Translations under genes and position numbers: made by a program
The notes under the pieces: model-generated
Databases searched by the model: none
What the model was told of the DNA's origin: nothing
The model's input: the letters and a program-made list of their open reading frames with translations, nothing else
From: Acidimicrobiales bacterium
GTDB lineage: Bacteria; Actinomycetota; Acidimicrobiia; Acidimicrobiales; VFJN01
DNA length: 63,773 nt
Reading direction: 5' to 3'
Assembly (NCBI GenBank): GCA_040902805.1
Contig: JBBDWQ010000019.1
Location: 1-63,773 of the forward strand
Shown: positions 18,350 to 27,069 of the stretch, in pieces
How positions within the stretch are numbered: position 1 is the stretch's first letter
How the letters are laid out: the number at the start of each line of letters is the position of its first letter

Positions 18350-19975
18350 TCACAGCGTGACACCGAGCTGGTCGGCCGCCCAGGCCTTGAGACGCTTGTA
18401 GTCGACCTTGCCGTTGGGGGCGCGACCGATCGTGTCGATCTGCAGCACCCGCTTGGGCGCCTTGTAGGCAGCCAGCTTGCCCTTCACGTGCGCGATCACC
18501 GCGCCCTCGTCGACCGTCTCTCCCGGGTTCAGCTCCACCACGGCGGTGATGGCCTCGCCGAACTTTGCGTCCGGGATCCCCACCGCGACGGCGTCGTTCA
18601 CGGACTCAATCGTCTTCAGCGCTTCTTCGACCTCTTCGGGGTACACCTTCTCGCCGCCCGTGTTGATGCACACCGACCCGCGACCGAGCAAGGTGAGGCT
18701 GCCGTCAGCCTCAACGGTCGCGTAGTCGCCCGGCACGGAATAGCGCTTGCCCTCGAAGGTGATGAAGGTGGCGGCTGTCTTCTCAGGGTCCTTGTAGTAC
18801 CCGACTGGCTGCCAGCCCCCGACGGCCACACGACCCGTCTCGCCAGAGCCGGGCTCCACCGCGCGGCCGTCGTCGGTGATCACTTTGGTGTGCTCGCCGA
18901 GGGTGAACTTGGCAGTGGTGCTGGTGCCGGCCGCGCTGGACACGGACTGGCCCATGCCGAGCGCCTCTGATGACGAGAAGGCGTCAACGATCATCATGCC
19001 CGGGTGATGGCCCAGCAGCCCCTGCTTGGACTCCTCGCTGAACATCACTCCGGACGACGACACCATGAAGAGGCTGGAGATGTCCCACTTGCCGGGGTTG
19101 GCGTCGAGGGCGCGCAGCATCGGCTTCGCGAATGCATCACCGACGATGGCGATGGTGGCTACACGCTCCCGTTCGATCGTCGAGAGCATCTCCTCCATGT
19201 CGAGGTTGCGTGACTCGAGGGTGACGGTGCTGCCTCCACCGGCGAGCACGATGAGCTGGGTGAAGCAGCCGGTGCCGTGCATCAGCGGGCACGCGGGCAT
19301 CCCGACGAGTCCGGACGCGGTGACGGCACCGCGGATGATCGACTGCTCAGGGTCAGGATCGTTCTCGCGCACCTCAGGCACGAAGGTGCCGACGAGCGTG
19401 CGGAACAGGTCGTCCTGGCGCCACATCACGCCCTTGGGCATACCGGTGGTGCCGCCTGTGTACAGGAGCAGGAGATGATCGCCGCTCCGTCCCCACGGAC
19501 CCGCTACGGCCTTGGTCGTGCCCGCGGCGGCAGCCGTATCGTAGGGCGTTGCCCACTCCGGGCACGACCCCTCGCCGTCGTCGACCCACAGCCACGTCTT
19601 CACCCGCGGTACCCGGGTGCGGATGCCCTCGATGCGCTCGCTGAAGGTCCCGTGGAACACCACGGCCACGACGTCGCCGTTGTCCCAGAGATACGCGAGC
19701 TCATCGTCGAGATACCGATAGTTCGTGTTGATCGGTGCGAGTCCGGCCTTGAACGTGGCGAACATCGACTCGAGGTACTCAGGCCCGTTGTAGAGGTACT
19801 GGGCAACCTTGTCCTGCTCCTTCACCCCCGCGTCGAGGAGCGCCTGGGCCACGCCGTTGGCTCGCTGATCGAACTGTGCCCAGGTGACCCGGCGACTGCC
19901 CTGCACCTGCGCGTCCGCGTCAGGGATCTGCTGGGCGACGGCCTCCCAGACATCAGCGAAGTTCCAACCAGGCAT
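18350..19975 (-). CDS. Acyl-CoA synthetase (FadD19-like)
   Basis: YTGGTTGMPKG AMP-binding motif, LLGRGSVCINTGGEKVYPEEVE and NGKVDY. Confidence 0.92.
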   Translation of the reverse strand: MPGWNFADVWEAVAQQIPDADAQVQGSRRVTWAQFDQRANGVAQALLDAGVKEQDKVAQYLYNGPEYLESMFATFKAGLAPINTNYRYLDDELAYLWDNGDVVAVVFHGTFSERIEGIRTRVPRVKTWLWVDDGEGSCPEWATPYDTAAAAGTTKAVAGPWGRSGDHLLLLYTGGTTGMPKGVMWRQDDLFRTLVGTFVPEVRENDPDPEQSIIRGAVTASGLVGMPACPLMHGTGCFTQLIVLAGGGSTVTLESRNLDMEEMLSTIERERVATIAIVGDAFAKPMLRALDANPGKWDISSLFMVSSSGVMFSEESKQGLLGHHPGMMIVDAFSSSEALGMGQSVSSAAGTSTTAKFTLGEHTKVITDDGRAVEPGSGETGRVAVGGWQPVGYYKDPEKTAATFITFEGKRYSVPGDYATVEADGSLTLLGRGSVCINTGGEKVYPEEVEEALKTIESVNDAVAVGIPDAKFGEAITAVVELNPGETVDEGAVIAHVKGKLAAYKAPKRVLQIDTIGRAPNGKVDYKRLKAWAADQLGVTL

Positions 19976-20068
19976 CTGCTCCCCCTCATTCGACACGATC
20001 GACGCAGCAGCGTACTCGGGCGTCGCCGCTCTTGACCGATCGGTCAAGTCACGGGGTACGTTGCCAGC

Positions 20069-21223
20069 ATGGACTTTGAGCTCCCGCCTGACGACGACCC
20101 GCGGCGACAAGCGGTGCGCGACTGGTTGGCCGAGCATCCCTCGCCAAGCGGGCGGCAGCTCGCCGAAGCCGGGTACGTGGCGCCACACTGGCCGAAGCCC
20201 TGGGGCCTCGATGCCGATCCCATCCACCAGATCCTGATCGAGGACGAGCTGGCGGCGGCCCAGGTGAGCCGGCCATCGAACACGATCGGGATCGGCTGGG
20301 CCGGACCGACGATCCTCCACGGTGGGACCGCCGACCAGAAGGAGCGGTATCTGTTCCCGCTGCTTGCCGGCGAAGAGATCTGGTGTCAGCTCTTCAGCGA
20401 GCCGGGATCTGGATCGGACCTGGCCTCTCTGTCCACTCGAGCCATGCGCGACGGGGACGAGTGGGTCGTGACCGGCCAGAAGATCTGGACGTCGTTGGCC
20501 CAGTTCTCAAAGTTTGGCATCCTCATCGCCCGTACAGAGCCCGACGCTCCGAAGCACGAGGGGATCTCGTACTTCATCTGCCCGATGGATCTTCCCGGTG
20601 TCGAGGTGCGGCCGATCATCGAGATGACCGGCGTCCACCTCTTCAACGAGGTGTTCCTCGACGAGGTGCGGCTTCCGGCCGCGAACCTGGTGGGGGACGT
20701 CAACCGCGGTTGGGGTCTGGCCAAGGTGACGCTCGGCAACGAACGCGTCTCACTGTCCTCCGGTGGCGCGCTGTGGGGCGCAGGGCCCACCGCCGAGGAC
20801 CTGCTCGGTCTCGTGCGGGATGCCGGCGGCACCGTCGACGCCGTGTTGCGCCAGCGCCTCGCCCAGCTCCACATCGAATCTCAGCTGCTCCGTCTCATCC
20901 GTCTGCGCACGGTTACCGCTCGCATCAAGGGCGAACCGCCCGGAGCCGAGGCGTCGATCCGTAAGATCCTGGCTGACGAGCACGGTCAGCGGATCATGGG
21001 TCTCGCCAAGGACCTTGCCGGTCCTGGGGGCATGCTCAGCACCGAGGGGCCGCTGGGCAACGACCCGGCGCTGTGGCACCACGGGTTCCTGTTCGCACCG
21101 GCGCTCACCGTCGGCGGCGGCACTGGCGAGGTGCAGCGCAACATCGTGGCGGAGCGGGTCCTTGGCCTTCCGCACGACAACGACGTGACCCAGGGCCTGA
21201 CCTGGGCCGAATCACGTCGCTGA
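20069..21223 (+). CDS. Acyl-CoA dehydrogenase family protein
   Basis: WCQLFSEPGSGSDLASL, GQKIWTS and GGGTGEVQRNIVAERVLGLP. Confidence 0.92.
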   Translation: MDFELPPDDDPRRQAVRDWLAEHPSPSGRQLAEAGYVAPHWPKPWGLDADPIHQILIEDELAAAQVSRPSNTIGIGWAGPTILHGGTADQKERYLFPLLAGEEIWCQLFSEPGSGSDLASLSTRAMRDGDEWVVTGQKIWTSLAQFSKFGILIARTEPDAPKHEGISYFICPMDLPGVEVRPIIEMTGVHLFNEVFLDEVRLPAANLVGDVNRGWGLAKVTLGNERVSLSSGGALWGAGPTAEDLLGLVRDAGGTVDAVLRQRLAQLHIESQLLRLIRLRTVTARIKGEPPGAEASIRKILADEHGQRIMGLAKDLAGPGGMLSTEGPLGNDPALWHHGFLFAPALTVGGGTGEVQRNIVAERVLGLPHDNDVTQGLTWAESRR

Positions 21224-21270
21224 ACGCTGCAGTTGCGACGACTGGCCCGACGCAGGCCAAACTGTCGGCC

Positions 21271-21645
21271 ATGTCTGCCCGCATCGCCTCGATCGAGCTC
21301 AAGCGTCACGAGAAGGTGCGCGCCAACATCGATCTGCCCGGTGTGCCAGCCGGGACACCCGGGAAGGTGCTCGTGGTCTCCGGCGTCACGTGGATGCGCC
21401 ACCGGGTGCTGTTCGACAACGGCGTGGAGATGGGACTGCTCGACGGCCGGCACATCGTGCGGCGCGGTGACTTCATCCCGGTCGACGAGCGCGTTGAGGT
21501 GGAGGAGGTCGCCGTTGTCGAGACCGACGGCGACGCTGCCGGGACCGCAGCAGAAGCGAGTGTGGCCGACAACGCGTTTGGTGTGCCCGCGCATCTGCTC
21601 GAACGCTCCAAGAACGCACGCGAGCGTCTCAGCGCCGCGAGCTGA
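21271..21645 (+). CDS. Hypothetical protein with SH3-like N-terminal barrel and acidic tail
   Basis: KVRANIDLPGVPAGTPGKV...WMRHRVLFDNG. Fills the intergenic gap with GC-typical codon use. Confidence 0.7.
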   Translation: MSARIASIELKRHEKVRANIDLPGVPAGTPGKVLVVSGVTWMRHRVLFDNGVEMGLLDGRHIVRRGDFIPVDERVEVEEVAVVETDGDAAGTAAEASVADNAFGVPAHLLERSKNARERLSAAS

Positions 21646-21677
21646 CCCAGAGACCGAATATCACCCCAGGGGGACCA

Positions 21678-22706
21678 ATGCAGCTCTCGACTCAGATCAA
21701 CTATGCGGGCGGGTTCAAGCAAGCCGTCGACCAGGTCGCTGAGCTCGAGAAGGTCGGCCTCGACATCGCGTGGGTAGCCGAGGCCTACAGCTTCGACGCA
21801 GTGAGTGCGATGGGCTACCTCGCGGCGAGGACCAGCACCGTGAAGCTGGCGGCAGGGATCCTGCCGATCTACACCCGCACGCCCACGCTCATCGCCATGA
21901 CCGCGGCCGGCATCGACGCACTATCCGACGGCCGGTGCATCCTCGGGCTGGGTGCATCTGGTCCCCAGGTGATCGAAGGCTTCCACGGCGTCGTCTACGA
22001 CCGCCCGCTTGGTCGCACGCGCGAGATCATCGAGGTATGCCGGCAGACGTGGCGTCGGGAGCGGGTGGAACACGTCGGCAAGAGCTACCAGATCCCCGTT
22101 CCGGCAGGACAGGGAACCGGGCTGGGCAAGCCGCTCAAGCTCATCAACCACCCTGTGCGAAGCGAGATCCCGATCTATGTCGCGTCGCTCGGCCCGAAGA
22201 ACGTCGAGATGACCGCTGAGCTCGCCGACGGCTGGCTGCCGCTCTTCTACCTACCCGAGAAGGCGAAGCAGGTGTGGGGCGACGATCTCGCCGCTGGCGA
22301 GGCCAAGCGTTCCGCGGAGCTCGGCTCCCTGGAGATCGTGGCCGGCGGCTTGCTGGCGATCGGCGACGGCTCAGAGGCGGTCCGCGAGTTCGCTCGTCCC
22401 ATGGCGGCGCTCTACATCGGCGGCATGGGAGCCAAGGGCAAGAACTTCTACAACGACCTGGTCAAGCGCTACGGATTCGAAGCCGAAGCCGAAGCCATTC
22501 AGGACCTGTACCTCGACGGCAAGAAGGAGGAGGCCGCGAAGATGGTGCCCGATGAGCTTCTGGAGGCCACCACCTTGTGCGGTTCCGAGGGCTACGTGAA
22601 GGACCGCCTTGCCGCCTACAAGGAGAGCGGTGTCACGGTCCTCAACGTCACCCCCGTTGGCCCCGACCCTGTCAAGCTCCTCGAGCAGGTGAAGGGCTGG
22701 ATGTAG
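21678..22706 (+). CDS. LLM-class F420-dependent oxidoreductase
   Basis: WVAEAYSFDA, RTPTLIAMTAA, GLGASGPQVIEGFHG and LYIGGMG. Confidence 0.9.
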   Translation: MQLSTQINYAGGFKQAVDQVAELEKVGLDIAWVAEAYSFDAVSAMGYLAARTSTVKLAAGILPIYTRTPTLIAMTAAGIDALSDGRCILGLGASGPQVIEGFHGVVYDRPLGRTREIIEVCRQTWRRERVEHVGKSYQIPVPAGQGTGLGKPLKLINHPVRSEIPIYVASLGPKNVEMTAELADGWLPLFYLPEKAKQVWGDDLAAGEAKRSAELGSLEIVAGGLLAIGDGSEAVREFARPMAALYIGGMGAKGKNFYNDLVKRYGFEAEAEAIQDLYLDGKKEEAAKMVPDELLEATTLCGSEGYVKDRLAAYKESGVTVLNVTPVGPDPVKLLEQVKGWM

Positions 22707-22717
22707 GCCCCTGAGCG

Positions 22718-23101
22718 TCAGGAGCCGAAGCGTTCGATCCCAACCTCTTTGACGTAGGCGATCAGCTCTCCGAAGTCTCCACCCTTCTCCACGAAGCCGA
22801 CTGCTCCGGCACCGAGCACCTTCTGCTTGGTTTCTCCGGTCAGGAAGCCGGACACCACGATGATCGCGGTGGTCGGTGCCACGCCGCGAACCAGCGGGAT
22901 GGCCTCGAGGCCGTCCATGACAGGCATCGAGAGATCGAGCAGGAGCACGTCCGGTTGCAAGGCCTGTGCCAGCGACACGGCTTCGGCACCGTCGACTGCC
23001 TCGCCGATCAGCTCGAGCTCGGCATCGCCTTCGATCGCCAGGCGCAGGAGCAGGCGGATGTCGGCGGAGTCGTCGGCGATCAGGACACGACAGTGGCGCA
23101 T
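22718..23101 (-). CDS. Single-domain response regulator (REC)
   Basis: IADD, PDVLLLDLSMPVMDGL and conserved K in VEKG. TGATG coupling with the upstream sensor. Confidence 0.9.
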   Translation of the reverse strand: MRHCRVLIADDSADIRLLLRLAIEGDAELELIGEAVDGAEAVSLAQALQPDVLLLDLSMPVMDGLEAIPLVRGVAPTTAIIVVSGFLTGETKQKVLGAGAVGFVEKGGDFGELIAYVKEVGIERFGS

Positions 23102-24753
23102 CAGTCGGTGCCCACCGGCAGGTCGCGTCGAAGATCGCCGGGTTGAATCTCGCCTGCAGCGGACAACATGCGATCGACGAGCAGCCGCCCGGCGACGACG
23201 GTCTCTTCGACGGCGGTCCGAGCCGCCTCGACGTCGCCCAGATCGAACGACCAGCGAGCGACGGTGAGTCCCTGCACGATGGTGTCGTTGATCTCGATTG
23301 CCTGGCGTTGCCTCGACCGCACCTCCGACAGCTCGCGCTTCGCAGTCTCTCCCTCGATGCGCTCGGTCACATCGCGGACCGTAGCGAGCACCTTCGGCTC
23401 GTGGTCGATCATGATCGGGCTCAGGGAGATCTCGACGCGAAACTCACTACCGTCGGAGCGTCGAGCGAAGAGCTCCAACAGGCTGCCCATCTCGCGAGCC
23501 GCATTGATGTGGTGCGAGCGTCGGTGTCCTTTGTGCCGCTCGCGAAATCGTTCTGGCACGAGGGTCTCGACTGGTTGGCCGATGAGTTCACGTGGCGCGT
23601 AGCCGAACATGTCCGCAACTCGCGCGCTGGCAAGCTCGACCCGCCCCGAGCCGTCCACAACGATGAACACATCAGGTGACGAGGTGATGATCCGACGGAT
23701 CCGCTCCTCGGCTTCGTGAAGGTCCGTCAGCTGTTCGTCGACGGCCTCTGCCATGACGTTGATGTCGTGGGAGACCTCGCGAAACTCGATGGCTCCTGTT
23801 TCCGTAGCACGGGCGGAGCGGTCGCCCCCGGCTAGACGCTGGACGGTCTCTCTCAGAGCCTCGAGCGGTCGCAAGAGCCGACTGGTGGTTGCAAGGAGCA
23901 CAGCGACGCTGGCCAGCACGATGAGTGCGACAAGGATGCCGACGAGCCGCGCCTGGCGATCGGCGAGAGCAAGTGCATCTGCCTGGTCCCATTCGATGAC
24001 CACGGCTCCAGGGAGTCCGGACGTCGCTGGCGTCGCCATCGCGGCCAGGATCCGGGTGCCGTCGCGCTTGAACGATCCCGCCTCATTGGGTGGGATCGAC
24101 TCGATGGGGTAGCGCTCTTCGGCCAACACCCTGTTCTGCTCTGGGTGGTCGAGGATCACGGCGTCGGGGCCGATGAATATGGCGTTGGCCGATGCGCCGA
24201 GCAGTCGGGCCTCCAGGACCTGGACGATGGCATCGATCGGCACGCGGCCGCGCAGCGTCCCGACCGCCGTTCCTGGTGGGTCATCGATCGGGACGGTGAT
24301 GTCGATGAACGTCTGCGGCCCTGGGGTGAGCTCTGTCCGCTGCCGCTGCCGCTGGAGGTCAGCGAGGGGGCTGGGGGGCACGAGGGCAGGGTCGACCAAT
24401 CGATCGTTGGCGGCGGCGGCGATGAAGTTGCCCCGGGCATCATGGACGTCGAGCTCGGCGAGGTCGTTGAAGGACCGCAACGCGATAGCCAGCTCAGTCT
24501 CGACGCGGTCACCGAGCTGGACGATCTGCTCACGCGTGCTGAGCACGCGCAGGCTGGTGGCGAGGCCATCGATGTGACTGTCGATCTCATTGGCGAGGCG
24601 TTCCGCCAGACCGACTGTCAAATGTCTCGCCTCGGCGTTCGCGGAGTCCCTCGCAGACTGTCGAGCCACGAGTCCACCGAGCACGCCCCCCACCAGCCCG
24701 ACGAGGAGGGTCGCGGCGGCAAGCCGCACGCCAAGTCGTGATAGCGCGCTCAT
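23101..24753 (-). CDS. Membrane sensor: Cache-like, HAMP, PAS and degenerate HisKA_3-like helix, with no HATPase domain
   Basis: Two TM segments, HAMP (LRPLEALRETVQRLAGGD), PAS (MFGY...LIGQPVETLVPERFR...RRSDGSEFRVEISLSP) and EINDTIVQGL. The protein ends about 60 aa later. Confidence 0.8.
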   Translation of the reverse strand: MSALSRLGVRLAAATLLVGLVGGVLGGLVARQSARDSANAEARHLTVGLAERLANEIDSHIDGLATSLRVLSTREQIVQLGDRVETELAIALRSFNDLAELDVHDARGNFIAAAANDRLVDPALVPPSPLADLQRQRQRTELTPGPQTFIDITVPIDDPPGTAVGTLRGRVPIDAIVQVLEARLLGASANAIFIGPDAVILDHPEQNRVLAEERYPIESIPPNEAGSFKRDGTRILAAMATPATSGLPGAVVIEWDQADALALADRQARLVGILVALIVLASVAVLLATTSRLLRPLEALRETVQRLAGGDRSARATETGAIEFREVSHDINVMAEAVDEQLTDLHEAEERIRRIITSSPDVFIVVDGSGRVELASARVADMFGYAPRELIGQPVETLVPERFRERHKGHRRSHHINAAREMGSLLELFARRSDGSEFRVEISLSPIMIDHEPKVLATVRDVTERIEGETAKRELSEVRSRQRQAIEINDTIVQGLTVARWSFDLGDVEAARTAVEETVVAGRLLVDRMLSAAGEIQPGDLRRDLPVGTD

Positions 24754-25724
24754 CGCACCACGAGATCCGCTTGACGGAGGAGATCGGTCGAAAGCGCTGG
24801 GATGCCCAGCTCAGCTGCGACCTTGCTGTTGAGGACGACCCGGAAGTCTGTGGGGTTCTCAACAGGAATGTCAGCGGGGGAAATGCCGCTCAGCAACCTT
24901 GCCGCCTGCCGACCCAAGCGTCCGAGCAGCTCCTCGACGTTGGGCTCTAGGACGATCAGCGCTTGTGTGGCCAATGAGGTGTTGGCGATGATCGGTAGGC
25001 CAACCGCCGAAACCGCAGGTTCGATCATCGAGAGGTAGCGAATCGAGGTGGGGGCGTTGACGACGACCACGACCTGTGCGCCCCGCCCGTGCAGCGACGC
25101 TATCGCCCGCCGGATGTCGTCCGGACCGCTGAATGTCTCGGTGGTGCTCTCTAGGCCTGCGGACTGGGCGGCCGCCGCCATGGCCTTGTGCGCGGGGGGC
25201 CCGGCGGGGTCGGAGCCGGGCATGAGGATGCCGATCAGGGCCAACCCGGGCATCGCTTGGCGGGCCAGGCTCAACGTGCGGTCTGCTGGTATGCGGAAGG
25301 TCACTCCGGTGAGGTTGCGATCGGGTCGGGCTGGGTCGCTGACCAGGCCGACCGCCACGGGGTCGTTGACGAGAAAGAGCACCGGGGTTTGGGGCGCGGC
25401 GTTGGCGGCGATCTCAGCGGCGGTCGACGAGAGGGCAACGATCAGATCGATGCCGTCGCGGAGCCACTCGTCGACTGTGCGGCGGATGTCCTCAGGCTCG
25501 ACGTGGACCTCGTGTTCCGGGTCCAGCTGCACATACTGCAGGTTGCGGCCGAGTACGAAGCCCTTTGCTCGGAGCTCTCGGTCAAATGGCGCGTTACCGT
25601 CCAGGGTGGCCACAGATCGCAGGAACGCGACGCGCATTGGCCGCTGGTTGTTCGAGCTCGAGCTGCAGGCTGTCGCTGCGACCAGCGCCACGAGCGCGGC
25701 GGCAATGGCCATCCTCTTGGACAT
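24750..25724 (-). CDS. ABC-type substrate-binding lipoprotein (ABC_sub_bind-like)
   Basis: SD AAGGAGG, lipobox ATAC, DPVAVGLV...RP..NLTGV and G.SPADIPVENPT.F..VLN.KVA..LGI motifs. Confidence 0.85.
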   Translation of the reverse strand: MSKRMAIAAALVALVAATACSSSSNNQRPMRVAFLRSVATLDGNAPFDRELRAKGFVLGRNLQYVQLDPEHEVHVEPEDIRRTVDEWLRDGIDLIVALSSTAAEIAANAAPQTPVLFLVNDPVAVGLVSDPARPDRNLTGVTFRIPADRTLSLARQAMPGLALIGILMPGSDPAGPPAHKAMAAAAQSAGLESTTETFSGPDDIRRAIASLHGRGAQVVVVVNAPTSIRYLSMIEPAVSAVGLPIIANTSLATQALIVLEPNVEELLGRLGRQAARLLSGISPADIPVENPTDFRVVLNSKVAAELGIPALSTDLLRQADLVVR

Positions 25725-25809
25725 CGTGCCGCCTCCTTGCTGCGCTGGATGGTCCGCGCCTCGTCGCTCGGTAGCGCACAGCGTACGTGTCACCTCACCC
25801 GAGCCTGCG

Positions 25810-27036
25810 TCAGCTGCCGAAGGCTCCCGGGCTGGTGAGCATTCTTCGTCGCCAGCGACGCGGTGTGGCGAGGATCGCGCGGGGGTAGTCCTCGAAGAGC
25901 CAGCGAGCGAAGTTCCGTCGCGTCCACGGTGTTGCCCCCGCAATGCGAACCGCAGCGCGCGCTCCCTTGCGATGCTTCAGCGCTCGAATCAGGAGAAGGG
26001 ACATCTTGTGGTCCGCCACGAGCGCGTCGCGCACGGAGCTCGTGTAGCCGGCGCACACCGTCCTCGCGTCCAGTCCGCCGTCGGTGATCGCGCGCGCGGC
26101 GAGCACCCCGGTGAGCAGCGCCTGCCCGATTCCTTCGCCTGTCATGGCGTCTGTGGCGGCAGCCGCGTCTCCCACGAACAACGTGCGGACCGTGGTCAGC
26201 GTCACCTGGTCGATGCGCGCAGGGATTGGCCACGCTCGATGTGGCGATTCGGGTTGAGCGTCGGGCCCGAGCACGGCGCGAATGTGCGGGCGATCGAGTA
26301 GCTCGGGCCAGAGGTGCTTCATGTCTGGTACGCGCGTCACCTTCCCGCCGGCGCGCTGGATGCCGAACCCGACGTTCGCGCCGCCGTCCGGCAGCGGGAA
26401 GGACCAGACGTAGCCGGGGAGCAGGTCGGGTTCGAACCACACGAACAGGTCCCGAGCGGCCCGAGGACCCACGTTGCTGAAGTACTGGCGAAAGGCGTGC
26501 CACTCGCCGAGGTAACCCGGAGTGGCAATGCCCAGGAGCTTGCGCATGGGTGACCACATGCCGTCCGCCGCAATCGCGTATCGGGCCCGAATTCGTCCTA
26601 GCCCCGCAGCCGTCACGACGATCTGATCGGATCGCTCCTCTGCTCCGATGGCGGCGTGCCCCTCGTGCACGATCGCGCCCGCACCGCGGGCGAGGTCGAG
26701 CAGCGCAGCGTCCAGCTCCATGCGTCTAGCCACTGCCGCGTAGATCCCGTTGCCCCGGGGAAGCGGAAAGGTGACGGAGCGACGGGATGGTGAGCTGACG
26801 ATGACGTCATGCACCGGTTGCCAGGATGGAATCGAGTCGGGCTGCAGGCCGAGTCCCTCCAGCAGGCGAAGTGCTCCGCTGGTGAGGCCGTCCCCGCAGA
26901 ACTTGTCGCGCGGAAACGTCGCCTTGTCGACGACCGCAACCGATCGTCCAGACCGGGCGAGTGTGGTGGCCGCTGCCGAACCGGCGGGGCCGCCACCGAC
27001 GATCACGACGTCAACGTCATCCGGACTGCTGCTCAT
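25810..27036 (-). CDS. Geranylgeranyl reductase family FAD oxidoreductase (MenJ-like)
   Basis: GGGPAGS, FPRDKFCGDGL, AADG and GDAA...TGEGI. Start is ambiguous (27036, 27045 or 27054). Confidence 0.88.
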   Translation of the reverse strand: MSSSPDDVDVVIVGGGPAGSAAATTLARSGRSVAVVDKATFPRDKFCGDGLTSGALRLLEGLGLQPDSIPSWQPVHDVIVSSPSRRSVTFPLPRGNGIYAAVARRMELDAALLDLARGAGAIVHEGHAAIGAEERSDQIVVTAAGLGRIRARYAIAADGMWSPMRKLLGIATPGYLGEWHAFRQYFSNVGPRAARDLFVWFEPDLLPGYVWSFPLPDGGANVGFGIQRAGGKVTRVPDMKHLWPELLDRPHIRAVLGPDAQPESPHRAWPIPARIDQVTLTTVRTLFVGDAAAATDAMTGEGIGQALLTGVLAARAITDGGLDARTVCAGYTSSVRDALVADHKMSLLLIRALKHRKGARAAVRIAGATPWTRRNFARWLFEDYPRAILATPRRWRRRMLTSPGAFGS

Positions 27037-27069
27037 CGCGCTCATCGCCCTCATCGCCCTGTCAGCTGC

